From: Takakia lepidozioides | Lineage: Eukaryota > Plantae > Bryophyta | DNA length: 64,000 nt | Assembly (NCBI GenBank): GCA_030704615.1 | Contig: CM060733.1 | Span: forward strand, 64,666,001-64,730,000 | Reading direction: 5' to 3' | Shown here: one piece after another, positions 10,784 to 24,204 of the stretch | Layout of the letters: every line of letters begins with the position of its first letter | Position numbering within the stretch: position 1 is the first letter of the stretch | Notes under the pieces: generated by a model | What the model saw: the letters and a program-made list of their open reading frames with translations, nothing else | Database searches by the model: none | Told to the model about the DNA's origin: nothing | Program-made: the position numbers and the translations under genes

Positions 10784-12955
10784 ATCATGCAGAAACAAAC
10801 GATTCCTACTCCACAGGCGGTACAGTTACTGAAGGAGCTGCGATTATAAGGATTGCAAAGCAAAGATTGGACATTGCACCATAGGCAGTACATGTTACAA
10901 TTCTTGCAGAACTTTGAGCCTAGGACAGGAGCAACAACGGTGAAGGGAGTTGAATTAGAAATTACTCCCCTATACCTACAACAATTGTTTGAATTGCCAT
11001 CAGGTCAAGTGCATGTGGAGGAGCACAGGGCAAGACTGCAAATAGGGGACTTATTCCAAGAAGGGAGTTTCTTTAAAACTCAGGGTTATGCTTGTACCAA
11101 GGCCGTGTACCCAGGGCTAAGGGAGGTAGGCCAGGTATTGAACGTTCTGTTTGCCATGAAACAGAACCAACAGTATTTGAGCAGATCCTTCACAGAGGAA
11201 GTACTCAAAGCCCTGAGAGGAGAAGAGGTAGCATGGGCGGACATAATGTACAACGCACTGGTAGAGGAGATGAAGAGATTACAAGGCACTGCCGCAAAGT
11301 CTCCTATCATAGTGTCTGGGCCAATCATTGCACAAATTATTCTAGACTCGTGCATACTTGATGCGAGAGAAAGGAAGGAGATGGGAGTGTTTGAGACAGC
11401 AACCACTGCCATAGAAGAGCAAGGCTCTTCACACAGTGAGGGTGGACTGGCAAGGCAACCCCAGTCTAAGAGACAGAGGCGGGGAAAGACTGTAGTGGCG
11501 GATCCACTGACTTCACGGAAACCGCATGATAATGTTTCCCAAGCTCTTGTGTAGGAAGGGGCACAGCAGCACAAAGAGCTGCTATTATTGGAAGCAAGGC
11601 CTTCAAAGAGGGAAGAGGAAGTTACTTCAGTATCACAGCCATCACAGCCATATGATCGGCTTGCCACAGAGTTACCACAAGTTGTCCATGCAGTTCCACC
11701 AGAAATAATTGATTTGGAGAAAGAAGGGTTAGATATCCCCACTACAGAACAGGTGGTGGCAGAAATTGAGAAGGGGGACCTTCTCTATTAAAATTCTGGC
11801 TTGGTCAGGGAAACGATGATTGCAGAGGTGCAGCGGTTGTCCAAGGGAAACCTTGCTGTGCATATAATACACACACCTGTGACGGAGGTACCACAGGTAG
11901 AATGTCAAGACACTGCAACACCTGTGACGGATGAAGTGGTTCAGGAAAAAAATCTGGTGGGGCAATGGCCTGAATGGTTTGTGAGGCATCACATTGTTGA
12001 GGATCAGGGAGAACAACAGCAAGCTCACCATGATGACCCTCAACAGGCCATGCTTATGAGTTCCATAAGCAGGACACTTAATTTGTTGGGCACTTATGTC
12101 AAATCCCATGTTCCAACTACCCAATTGGCAGCTTTGAGGGAGGAACTCAGGAAGAAGTTTGAGGCTCGACTTGCCACTGAGTGTGCAAACAAAGTCAATG
12201 AGGAGGTCACTCTCAAGATACAGCAAGACTTAGAGAGTACAGAAGCTGCTTTGCAAATGGCCAAGGAACAATTGATTGAGGCAGACCTCGCGCAGGACCA
12301 GTTGCATAAAACACATAAGCAACAGCTATACCAAATGCAGGTGAAGCATGAAAGCAAGTTGCAAGAAGTGAATGCACTACATACGGAGTTGCAGACAGTG
12401 CATGACAGGATGGCCATACAATGTGCTACACTAAAAACTACGCTTGAGCAAACTACATTAGAAGTTAACAACCAAGCGGAAAGATGTATGAAGGCACAGG
12501 CTGATAATCTCGAGCAGACGAAACTCATTATTGATATGAAGAATACAATCTGTCGCAACGAGAATACTTTCAAGCAATACAGGGAGGTTGAAGCTGACCA
12601 AGAGAGGTACATCCTGGAATTGCAACAAACGCTCATGTCCAATAGAAATGAACTCTCTGTGGCTAACAAGGCTTGGAAGGAAGCCAATAATCTGGTTGCT
12701 GCATATGTGAGTTTGGTTGAACCTCATGCGAAACGCATGGAGGCTTTACAGCAGTAGATAGATGTGTACAGGCTCACAGAGGAGCAGACTTTCAGGGGTG
12801 CCACAAGCAACTTGGTGGATAACCACCTTATGCAGGTCTGGTTAGCACAAGGGCCGGTGGAAGGCAAAGCACCACGAAAGCTCACCCAAAGCGAGATGAA
12901 TGAGCTCAGACTGCAAGTGCAGAACATTGCCACAACTACTATAGACATTGTTTAT
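10784..12955 (+). pseudogene. Duplicate partial copy of the LTR-retroelement extra ORF
   Basis: Close paralogue of 13432-15604. In-frame stops at 11552, 11789 and 12755. Confidence 0.9.
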
Positions 12956-13382
12956 ATTCTTGTCACATGTGTTATCCTAGTGGACAGTCCAACAGGGAAA
13001 GTCCACTAAAGAAAATTAAATCTAAAATCCAGTCACAGCGGTTACAGCCAATCGAAAGCCAGAAAAGGGATCAAGAAATTGGAGGGAATTTAAGCGCAAG
13101 AGTCGGCGTCGTTCTAAGTAACGGGCGTCTTGACGGGACAAACCATCAATGCTATAGCTTTGAAGCTATGGAGGAACTAACAGACTATACGCTCGCAATA
13201 TTACTTACGCAGTGGCATAGGCACGGAAGAACAGAGCGGATCTTTTCTCTTAATCGATGCTTGCAAGCCCCGCAGCCTTACAAGAAATTACCCATAGCTT
13301 TTTGTGGCAACCATACGTTTATGCTTTGTGCCCTGCAGGCATTTCTTCAATTGTTACAGCCAAAACATTTCTGTGGGTCTAG

Positions 13383-16300
13383 AATGAAGAGAGTGAGAGG
13401 AATGGAAGAAATCAGGGTGAAGAGCACCACAATCCTGCAGAAACAAACGATTGCTACTCCACAGGCGGTACATTTACTGAAGGAGTTGCGATTGCAAGGA
13501 TTGCAAAGCAAAGATTGGACATTGCACCATATACAGTACATGTTACAATTCTTGCAGAACTTTGAGCCTAGGACAGGAGCAACAACGGTGAAGGGAGTTG
13601 AATTAGAAATTACTCCCATATACCTACAGCAATTGTTTCAATTGCCAGCAGGTCAGGTGCATGTGGAGGAGCACAGGGCAAGACTGCAAATAGGGGACTT
13701 ATTCCAAGAAGGGAGTTTCTTTAAAACTCAGGGTTATGCTTGTACCAAGGCCGTGTACCCAGGGCTAAGGGAGGTAGGCCAGGTATTGAACGTTCTGTTT
13801 GCCATGAAACAGAACCAACAGTATTTGAGCAGATCCTTCACAGAGGAAATACTCAAAGCCCTGAGAGGAGAAGAGGTAGCATGGGCGGACATAATGTACA
13901 ACGCACTGGTAGAGGAGATGAAGAGATTACAAGGCACTGCCGCAAAGTCTCCTATCATAGTGTCTGGCCCAATCATTGCTCAAATAATTCTTGATTCTGG
14001 CATACTTGATGCTCGAGAAAGAAAGGAGATGGGAGTGTTCGAGACTGAAACCACTGCAATGGAAGAGCAAGGCTCTTCACACAGTGAGGGTGGACTGGCA
14101 GGGCAACCCCAGACTAAGAGACAGAGGCGGGGAAAGACTGTAGTGGCGGATCCATTGGCTTCACGGAAACCGCATGATAATGTTTCCCAAGCTCTTGTGC
14201 AGGAAGGGGCACAACACCACAGAGAACTGCTATTATTGGAAGCAGGACCTTCAGAGAGGGAAGAGGAAGTTACTTCAGTATCATAGCCATCACAGCCAGA
14301 TGATCGGCTTGTCACAGAGTTACCACAAGTTGTCCATGCAGTTCCACCAGAAATAATTGATTTGGAGAAAGAAGGGTTAGATATTCCCACTACAGAACAG
14401 GTGGTGGCAGAAATTGAGAAGGGGGACCTTCTCTATGAATATTCTGGTCTAGTCAAAGAAACAGTGATTCCGGAGGTGCAACGGTTGTCCAGGGGAAACC
14501 CTGCGGTGCATATAATACACACACATGTGACAGAGGTACCACAGGTAGAATGTCAAGACACTGCAGCACTGGTGACGGATGAAGTGGTTCAGGAAGAAAA
14601 TCTGGTGGGGCAATGGCCTGAGTGGTTCGTGAGGCATCACACTGTTGAGGATCAGGGAGAACAGCAGCAAGCTCACCATGATGACCCTCAACAGGCCATG
14701 CTTATGAGTTCCATAAGCAGGACACTTAATTTGTTGGGCACTTATGTCAAATCCCATGTTCCAACTACCCAATTGGCAGCTTTGAGAGAGGAACTCAGGA
14801 AGGAGTTTGAGGCTCGACTTGCCACTGAGTGTGCAAACAAGGTCGTTGAAGAGGTCACTCTCAATATGCAGCAAGACTTAGAGAGTACAGAAGCGGCTTT
14901 GCAATTGACCAAGGAACAATTGATTGAGGTAGGCCTCGCGCAAGACCAGTTGCACGAAGCACATAAGCAACAGCTATACCAAATGCAGGTGAAGCATGAA
15001 AGCAAGTTGCAAGAAGTGAATGCACTACATACGGAGTTGCAGACAGTGCATGACAGGATGGCCATATAATGTGCTACACTCACAACTATGTTTGACCAAG
15101 CTACAATAGAAATAAACAGTCAAGCGGAAAGATGTACGAAGGCAGAAGCAGAGAATGTTGAGCAAGTGAAACTCATTATCGATATGAAGAATACAATCTG
15201 TTGCAATGAGAGTACTTTCAAGCAATACAGGCAGGTTGAAGCTGACCAAGAGAGGTACATCCTTGAGTTGCAACAAACACTCATGTCCAATAGAAATGAA
15301 CTCTCTGTGGCTAACAAGGCTTGGAAGGAAGCCAATAATCTGGCTGCTGCCTATGCGAGTTTGGTTGAACCTCATGCAAAGCGCATGGAGGCTTTAAAGC
15401 AGCAGATAGATGTGTACAGGCTCACAGAGAAGCAGACTTTCAGGGGTGCTACAAGCAACTTGGTGGATAACCACCTTATGCAAGTTTGGTTAGCACAAGG
15501 GCCAGTGGAGGGCAAAGCACCACGAAAGCTTACCCAAAGCGAGATGAATGAGCTCAGACTGCAAGTGCAGAACATTGCCACAACTACTATAGACAATGTC
15601 TATAGTAGGATAGCGGAGTTACAGGAGGATGTAGACGCCCTGCAGACTCAAGTGGATGACCTCATTTCAAATATCGACAAGAGAGTCTGTGTACCTGAGG
15701 AACAGCTAATGGCTTCTTATTTACAAGCGAGAACTTTGGCTTTTCAGTCTTCTTCACAGGGGTGCAGGAGATGCCAATGGTACAAGAGCCAGTGCCACCA
15801 ACACCACAACAAGTCACTATGCCAGTAGCTGACCCTGTTGTTACTACAGCCACACCACAACCACCACAGCCTGAGGTATGGGGGAATGCTGCTTTTAACC
15901 CACCTAAAACTCCAGCTGCACGGGAGTACAGTAGGGCAATGATTATGCCTTTCAACCAAATTCCCATTGTGTTGGATTTGGCTTGGAAAGAATTTAGTCC
16001 TCCGCAGTCATTGGCACATTACTATCAAATCATGCGCATTTGGCTGCCAGTGGCCACTAGGACTAAAGTTCTTCCGAACAATCGACCAATTGAGGATCAT
16101 CACTTTGCACAGTATTGGCATGAGGCAAGTACCATGTTGAAGGAATTAATTGCCTTCCAAGTTGTACATGGATTCATTTATACCAAGACCAAAGATGTAG
16201 CAAGTATTGTCATGGGTTGCGGGTTATACTACGCTGCTTGTTTTCTGGTACGTTATCACATTGAGCAACAGAAGATGCAAACGCGCTTTCTGAGTTATTC

Positions 16301-16939
16301 CACTGGGGATCATTGGGTCTTACCTTCAGTGCCACCTCATATGTACCTATATGAGGCAAAAGTTATGATGCAAAAGGATTCTCAGATTCGTTCATGGTTT
16401 CATGCGGCCTGGAACAATTTGTCAACACAGAAATTCGGGCCTGACGATATTTTCTTTAAGGGACATGAAGCATGGAAATATTTGCACAATTCACAAGTCA
16501 TTGGTACACCTTTCACCTGGACAGACAAGGAGCTCAGGGTCTTCACCAATTTTGCAATTCAACGCTTGCAACAAGTTTTACAGTTTAAACTTCCAGACAT
16601 GGTGGGACAACATTGTATGCCCCAGAGAATTCCAGTTAAAGTTTGACAGTTAAAACACCTCAGGGGGACGAGGATTCTGATACAACTGTTTCTTCAGCGG
16701 ACTCTTTTGACATGGCAGATGACTATGCAATTCAGATGGCAGAGAAGAAGCGACGGGGGTCTCCTATGCCTGAAAGATTACCTCGATATCAGCCTCCAGA
16801 GGGACTGACATATCCAGGTAGTGTTCAATCATCTTCCTCAACCAGTGACAGAACACGGGCTTGCACACGGAGTCCTTCACGAGACTCTAACCGTCAGAAG
16901 GGTGCTCGCTCACAAAGGGTTACAAATCCCAAACAGTAA
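13383..16939 (+). pseudogene. Large extra ORF of a Tat/Ogre-like gypsy element (N-terminal transposon-protein-like domain, long coiled coil)
   Basis: ORFs 12967-14286, 14362-15069 and 15088-15828 are one frame broken by stops at 14284 and 15067, followed by 15762-16646 and 16643-16939. It runs directly into a PPT and LTR. Confidence 0.75.
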
Positions 16940-16960
16940 ACCGTGAGGACACGGCTTTTT

Positions 16961-18063
16961 GAGAGGGGAAGGGGTAATGTTAGAGGACTGTCTGGGACTT
17001 AGACACTTTTACGGGATCTGTGGGGTACCCTTAATTTTTGCACAGACTGAGACCAACAGGAGCCTTAGGGGTAACAACAGCGCACTTTTGGGGGGGGGGG
17101 GGGGGGTTACACAGCCCGTCACAGTCCGACACAGCCCGTCACAGCTCACACAGCTCGTCACAGTCCGACACAGCCCGTCACAGCCGACACAGCCAGACAC
17201 ATCCAGTCACAGCCGTCCACAGCCCGTCACAGCCAACACAGCTCGTCACAGTCCGACACAGCCCATCACAGCCAACACAGCTCGTCACAGCCAACACAGC
17301 CCGTCACAGTCTGACACAGCCGACACAGCCAGACACAGCCGTCACAGCCAGTCACAGCTCGACACAGCTGACACAGTCCAACACAGTCGCACAGCCAGTC
17401 ACAGCTTGACACAGCTGTCACGACCATAGGGAACGGATAGCAGGACAGGGAACGACTGTGGGAACAACATCTGCGAATGGAACATGTTAGTTCACGGATG
17501 ACGGTTAGTGAGGGAAATAGTTAGAACAACGGGTAGGAAGATAAAGCCAGGAGCAAAGACTGGAAAAATGCACTTATTGGGGGGACTTCGGACATCACTG
17601 GGGGAAATGAGGCAGAGAGCGCATTTCTGAGCAGAAAGAGGGAGAGCACGGAGTAGGAGGAGGACGATCTGTTGATGCTTAATGAATGCAAGCAGTAGAG
17701 TTGTAATGTAGAGCAGATTAGAAACTCCATGGCTTCAGCCTGATACTTGATAGATATTAATCTGATATATACTTCATACTCACACTGTGTAGAGAGATCT
17801 GAGTGAAGCTGTGGAATGAATGGATGAGTTGATGGAATCCGATAGATTGCTGAAGCAAACTGATACTTAATTATCAACAGTAAAGTAACTAGCTAACATG
17901 AATGCGGGAAGGAAAACAAATAGGAAACACCCCCATGATACACTAGCTGTAGGTCATGACTGATTGTTCTGAGCGGGCTGAGTGCTTAGAGATTTCCAAC
18001 TCTTCTATCTTGGAGTTTTCGCCTCGGATAGCGAAGGGATGGGTGAGTAAAAGCCGCGCGACA
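16961..18063 (+). mobile_element. PPT plus complete 3' LTR of a Tat/Ogre-like element
   Basis: PPT GAGAGGGGAAGGGG at 16961-16974. LTR TGTTAGAGG (16978)...GCCGCGCGACA (18063). A homologous inverted LTR lies at 54981-56005. Confidence 0.9.
17108..17420. repeat. CACAGC-rich minisatellite within the LTR
   Basis: Reiterated ACACAGCC / GTCACAG units. Reverse-complement counterpart at ~55615-55875. Confidence 0.9.
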
Positions 18064-19500
18064 CAAAGATGCAGTCTCTGTGGTGTGGACTGGCAAATGA
18101 CTGTATTTCCATTGGGCATGTGAGAGGGCTGGAATAGTATGAGTGAGTGAGTTGGAAGGATTTGATGAGAAGTGCTAGGATGTCATGGGGTATAGTGGTA
18201 TGGGCACAAGCTGCGGCTAGTCTGGTGAGAGCACGTGGTTTGTTGGTGGGGGTGTCTTTATGGTAACGCTCAACAAGCCAGCATATTTCAATGGCAGAGT
18301 CTTGTTTGGGGGGTTGTAGGGTTAGCGGGTTTGTGAGTGGAGTGGAGTATTTTTCCCATAGCCAAGTTAGTCTGTCATTAGGGATGAGACCAATGAAGCG
18401 GCCATATGGTGCGTAGATATTGGAGAGGCGACGGCCAATATGTATCATTGGGGGATCATGATCAATGTCTTTATCTGGGTTACATTCGGTCGTGCAGATG
18501 CGTATGTTGGGGGCAGCTATCGGGTTATGGATGTATCGGCTGTCTGTAGGTTGGGTAGGGGTGGTGTGCTATTGATGGATATGAGTTAGGTAGTTAGTGT
18601 TGGTGCGTTTGTGAAAAGCAGTAAGGAGGGTAAGATTGTGGTTAGGGTCGCTTTCATCATCCGAGCCAAAGAGGTCGTCCTCAATTTGCCATGTGTTGCA
18701 TCTGATGGGTAGCCAGCCCATTTACAGTAGTAGAAAGTATCAACACAGGTGGCCCCAAAGGTGTCTAAAGACGATTGGGTTTTAATTCCAAGAAAAGCTT
18801 CAATGATGAAGGCATTGGGGTTATCCGGGTTGCGGGGGGAGGTTGGGGGTGACGTAAGTGAGGTTGATTGGGGAGAGGTGGGGGTGTCAGACAGGTTGTT
18901 GGAAAAGGTTGGATAGGGTTGGGGGGAGTCGTGGCCTAGTGCTACAATTTGAGTAGAGGGTGGTGAGGGGGAGGTGTTGGGGTCTGTGGCTGAGGTATTA
19001 TTATTGTTGTATGATGTCTTAAGCTTATGGAGAATGAAGGTAGCTGGGGTGGATCTATATTGGGGTAGCAAGTCTTGGGGAGTATGAGGAAAGTGTAGAC
19101 AAGGGATCTCGCAGTCAAGAGTACATGATGCTGAAGTGGTGCAGAAATAGGGTGCGGAGATGGTGTAAGTATCGACTGGTTTTGATCGTAGCCCTGGAGT
19201 GCTTAAGAGTAAATTCGGTTGGTGTCAGGAGCCTATGCCCCGTGGCGGTGGTGAGTTGGGTGAAGGTAGGTCGTTCTTTAAAGTAGGTGAGGATGGGTGT
19301 TCTTTGTTTAGGATGAGAAGTTTCGAAATGGGAGAGGAAGGGGCTGGTGAGCCATGAAAATTCTAGGGGGGCAAGGTATTAGGATAGTGTGGTATGTCGG
19401 TTTGTATGCTAATTTTCATTTGACGGAGTATAAGCAGTGAGATGGGCGGCGGTGGGGGAGTGTAGGCAGGCATGAGGGTGAAGTGACAGGAGAAAGTAGA
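18064..19500 (-). mobile_element. Non-LTR retrotransposon ORF2 fragment with chromodomain-like and PCIF1-like segments
   Basis: FIIEAFLG...YYCKWAGYPSDA(TW) near 18680-18810. ILALLIKSFQLTHSYYSSPLTC...SFASPHHRDCIF at 18064-18180, cut by the LTR. Same C/A-rich coding bias as the other LINE fragments. Confidence 0.55.
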
Positions 19501-19699
19501 GACCATTGCATTTTAAAGCAATAAATTTAAGGAGGCAAGTGGTAAAAAGGCCCAAGCGTCCAGGGTGGTTAAGGGCCTCCATTCTTCTTCTTTAGATGGC
19601 AAAGTTCTGCCCAGCTTACTAAAGCTTGTTTATTTGAAGAAACCGAAGTAGCGCCCCAGAGGAAATTCCTCACCGTGGAACAGTTCACTATTACGTTTG

Positions 19700-20300
19700 G
19701 AGGGGGGGGGGGGGGTTAGCGATAGCGATGCCTCAAACGACCTCCAAATTGCCGCGCTTAGCGACGGAAATACACTACAGCGCCCGGGGCAACTGGCGAC
19801 GTCAGGAAGTCGCACCCACGTCGGTCCGGACGTAGCTCCCAGACATCGCAAATAGCAACCTAGGGAATCGCTAAATCCCCGGGCCTCCCCTGGACACGAC
19901 CAGCGGACGCGGAATGTCGCCACCCCCTCGAAGGCGTCGCAATATTGCAATTCCAGGGAGTCGCAACTAAGGGCAAGGAGGGGGGTCCCCTGCGTCGTGG
20001 GGCAGTCGCAAGGACGTCACCCATCCCTAGAAATAGCCACTCGCGGGCGTCACCGGCACGTCGCACCCTGGGACATTAAAGCCCGCTCTGCGACGCCTGG
20101 ACATCGCAAATGGGGTCTATTCTGCCTAGGGGACTGGCGACACCCGGGAATCGCAATGCCGTCAACCATTAGTAGGGAGGTTCCCTGGCGACGCCCAGGA
20201 ATTGCAAGGACATCGCAGCCCACGGGAGCCGTCGCTAGCTCTAGGGGAGGGCACATTCTTATGCGACTCCCGGGAGTCGCACCAACATCGCAACCCCTAA
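19700..20300. repeat. GCGAC/GTCGC-rich dispersed motif tract (probable DNA transposon subterminal region)
   Basis: Numerous GCGAC/GTCGC/ATCGC motifs in both orientations. Similar motifs at ~25410-25500. Confidence 0.45.
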
Positions 20301-20328
20301 GCATTCAACTAGTCCCATCCCTCACCTA

Positions 20329-22664
20329 GCATGTTCAAAAAGGTTCCACCTCATCCAAACTAGCCAATAAAAAATTGGCTCTCATCAAATCCCCAATTGC
20401 AATTCGCCCTAAATTATCCATCATACAATCAGTACTAAAAACCCAAGTCCAATATTCTTTCCACACTACTCCTTTCTCTCTCACGGACATTAAAAAACTT
20501 GATAGGAGCATTACTCAACGCACAAAACGTTTATCACCAAGACCTTTGATCATGGTGACAATTTCAAGATACTTCATGTGACCAAGCCCAATCCCGAATC
20601 ATCCTTCGGCTTCATCAATGTGGCTACGGAGGACACCAAAACACAAATTATGGAGCTAGGAGTCCGCATTGATAACGTGCTCATCAAACCACGCATCAGA
20701 ATCAAAAAGCAGGGGAGAGCAAGCACCCGTGGAGCTAATACAAACACCATCGCTGAGCGCAACGCGCTCACAACCGTTGCCAAAAATCTGAGTATGCTGC
20801 ACCCTCAACAAGCCATCCTGGCCAAGCTTCACAGTCTCTTCGGCCCAGGGAATATCACCCACACTCACTTTTGCAATGTTGCCTTCTCGGAGACAACCAA
20901 GCACCTAGGTATGTTTTTTTATCACTTGCAAAACCCCTACAATCTACACTAAGTAGTGTAGCAAGCCTGACTTCGAGCTACAGGGCGATTCATCGCGGTT
21001 ACCCCTCACCACAACAACATCAGTGGTATCTCGCCCTTAGAGCAGGAGCTGCTCGACAGACTGAAAGTCTCTAACATCAACTAGGCATTATTCGACGCCG
21101 TGGAGTCAATATCAATCCAACAAGCCCCCAAGCATGCGGCGGGTCATGCAGAATGGATGAAGGAGTAAGCTCAAGGCCCACTCCATTTCTATCAGAACTC
21201 ACATGAGGAGCGATATTAACGCCATGGAGCACCGGCTAACCAAATCAGTCACCAAGCAACAGCTCGCTTACCATGACTACATGGTATCTCTACACAAGTC
21301 TATCACGGACAACGTTGGTCACTTGACCTGGCGAATTTTTACCATCACGCTGACCTCGTTCTGGCTAACCTCCCTAAACTCCCAGGTACTGGCGCCCCTG
21401 ACATAGCAGGCGCCGTTCCCACGCAGCCCTGCCCAAGGCCGATTCTCAAGACTTTCTACCATGCTGCTCCATAACTCAACAAACTGCTCTTTCCGCAGAC
21501 CTCTGCTCCGCTCGGGACTGGCTCCGTTCATATCGTGGAGCATGTCGACGAGACTATCCCAATGGCATGTGGCTCTACACTGCCATCTAACTCTCTCCTC
21601 ACAGGTACTATAAAGGCTCCGCATGCATATTCACCAGCGACGCCACCAACCTCTCAGCACTAGTTCCGATTCTGGAAGATCGATCTGCTGCTTAGCACTT
21701 AGCACTCTCGTCTTGCTCCCGTTGTGCTTCTATCTCGCTGTATCATGCCTGCGAGGGGCTTTTTCAAACTTAGTTGATGTGTTTAAGTTTTATGATACCT
21801 TACCGCTCAAGCTACATTACACTAATCCCTACCACCTTCCCTCCATTACCACTATGTTCTACGCTGCCAATCCTAACGGCTACAATGGCATTAATACTAC
21901 CATTTACCCTTGCTGCCCACCACGGCTTCTTCCACTACCTCCACACACTCATATCCTTCTAACCAATCGCCTATTTTTCATCCTTCCGTACATCCAATGT
22001 ACACTCATCCAACGCCCACCCTACATCCGCCATTTCCCCACTCTACGTCACCCCCTGTCGTCCAACTACCCGCCATCCCTTTGTCCCGCCCCACCTGCCG
22101 GCGCCACTTGGCCCAAGGTACTGCGCCACGCACTCACAATAAATCAAACCCCAACCCCCATGCACTCATAACCCCACCACATGTCACCACAACTCTACCC
22201 GCCCACAGGCTTTCTCATCCATGCCCCTACTCGGGGACATTCATCCAACATATTCACCTACTTACCCTCTAACCACTGCATTAAATGCCGATGCCCACCC
22301 ACAACCCATGCTCCATCTTTGCTACCTTTATACCATACCTCATAATAACCACTTGACACACAAATATTATCCGTCAACTGACCCCCCCCCTTACGCATCC
22401 ATGACCAGTTCCACTGTTCCCCGTGCAATACTACCTTTCACTATAGCTCTCAACCACACTCCCACAATACCCACCCCTCATGTACACACATATACCGCCC
22501 TCCCAATACCTATCTTATTACCCACTGCCCGCATGGCCGATGCCGTCAATACCCCGCCTGCATCTAAGCATTCTTTAAACCGCCCCCAGTCACATGACAA
22601 CAAATCTAGGATTGCATGAGCAGCACTTATACAATGTGGTGACATTCATCCAGATCCGGGACCA
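20329..22664 (+). mobile_element. Degenerate LINE fragment (post-RT piece, ORF1, start of ORF2)
   Basis: FGFINVATEDTKTQIMELGVRIDNVLIKP is homologous to ORF 50163-51620. Ends in CGDIHPDPGP (22635-22664), homologous to 52604-52633. Confidence 0.75.
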
Positions 22665-22667
22665 CCA

Positions 22668-23140
22668 GGATGGACACTGAATTACCTTTAGGATGGTTTT
22701 TTGGCTTTTTCATTCCTCCTTTATTGACTCTCATCCATACCGGATGAGTCACCATGGAATGAAAAAATTACCTCTATGAGGTTGCCAACAACATCCTGTT
22801 TTTCATCCATACTGGTTGAAAAACTTACCAGGATAATAATTTTTTTCATTCCTCTTTCATTGACTCTTTTTATCCATACCGGATGGTTTGGTTAGGAATG
22901 ATGGAGGTAAACCGCTGCCACGGATGATATTCCCTACTTTTTCATCCTGATATAGTGATCTGTTTATGGATGACGAGTACAGATAATTATGGCCTGGAAT
23001 TGATCTTTACTACCCCTAATTATGATTAATTACGGGGGAAACCCTAACCCCTACCCTAAAACCTATTTTTAACCCTGTTGCGGATGAGATCCGTCATGGT
23101 AGAAGGATGTGTTCTACTGTTTTTCATCCACGGATGAAAA
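22668..23140. repeat. CATCC/GGATG motif tract (probable DNA transposon subterminal repeats)
   Basis: Repeated TCATCCATAC / CGGATGA, and palindrome TTTTCATCC-AC-GGATGAAAA at ~23121. Related tract at 57170-57610. Confidence 0.5.
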
Positions 23141-24204
23141 ATCGGGGAAAAAAAACCCTATGTTGTCTCTCCCGCTGTCAAAAGCACGTGATGTGCTTCT
23201 GAGCTCGCGGGAAGAGTGTTATGGCGGACGTGCTTTGGTGGCTGCCCCGTTTGTGGTGTCGTACCCCTACTGGAAGAGCGCCTGGGGAGGCGCGAAGGCG
23301 GCGCCTTGTCTCTCTTGCAGCGGGAAACACTGTTGTGCAGTGGCATCTTCCCTCCTCTGGCTTTTAAGTTTAGCAAGGGCATTTGTGCTGGGAAGTCTCT
23401 CTCCCTCCTTTCTAGTGCCTTGCGATTTTGCTTGCTTTGCTTTATTGTTCATGTGCTTTGTGGAGGCGGCTTGCTGCGGGTGGTGATGGCGCATAACCCT
23501 CTTCCCCAATCGCTTAAGGTGCCTTTGGAGTTTAGGGATCCTTATGTTCTTATCTTCTTGTCTTGCTTTTGAGTTTCTTAGTTGACATCGATGACAAGTG
23601 TGAGGGTCTGTGATTCACCTGGGGTTCCACAATCCTCACTAATCTGTTGATTTTGTGGGGGCTTGTGATGCGACCAGGTGAGGATCCTCACCTACTTTGA
23701 AGTTTCTTGAGCAAGCAGTTGGGATATGGGCTGAGGAGACCTGTGGGTTATTGCGTTGTGAGGTGGCTGCTGCCTGCAGCCCCGATTTCAACCCGACTGC
23801 TCCTGGTTTGGCATGCTACAGCTTGTGTTTTGGCCTTTGTCGTTCTGCTATCGATGGGCAACTCGACCTTTCTGGCCTGTTCCTGAGGCCTACATACAAA
23901 CCATACCCTATCTTTTGATCTTTGACAGCAGGGCCTGTGGATTATTGAGCTAGGTTGTAAGTTCTTTGGGCCATAGAGGATCTGGTTTTATGTGGTATGT
24001 TTTTGGCGGTTTTGGGTCTCTATGGACATGGTGGCCTTAAATGTTATGGCGGCAGCCTGATAAGGCACCAACCTACTCATTTTCGGGCCTGTTTCGGGTG
24101 TGTAATGGATCATAATGAGGTGTTCTTTGCAAGCTTTAGCATGGACCTCTTGAAGGATGAGGATGGTAAGCTGTAATGGGATCCTACCTATAGTTTTGGC
24201 TTTG

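Noticed and set aside
16959-17429. ORFs rich in HSPSQ/TARHS repeats (also 55568-55912)
   Set aside because: These are translations of the LTR minisatellite.
23039-23066. Telomere-like AACCCTA repeats
   Set aside because: Too short and degenerate to call an interstitial telomere.
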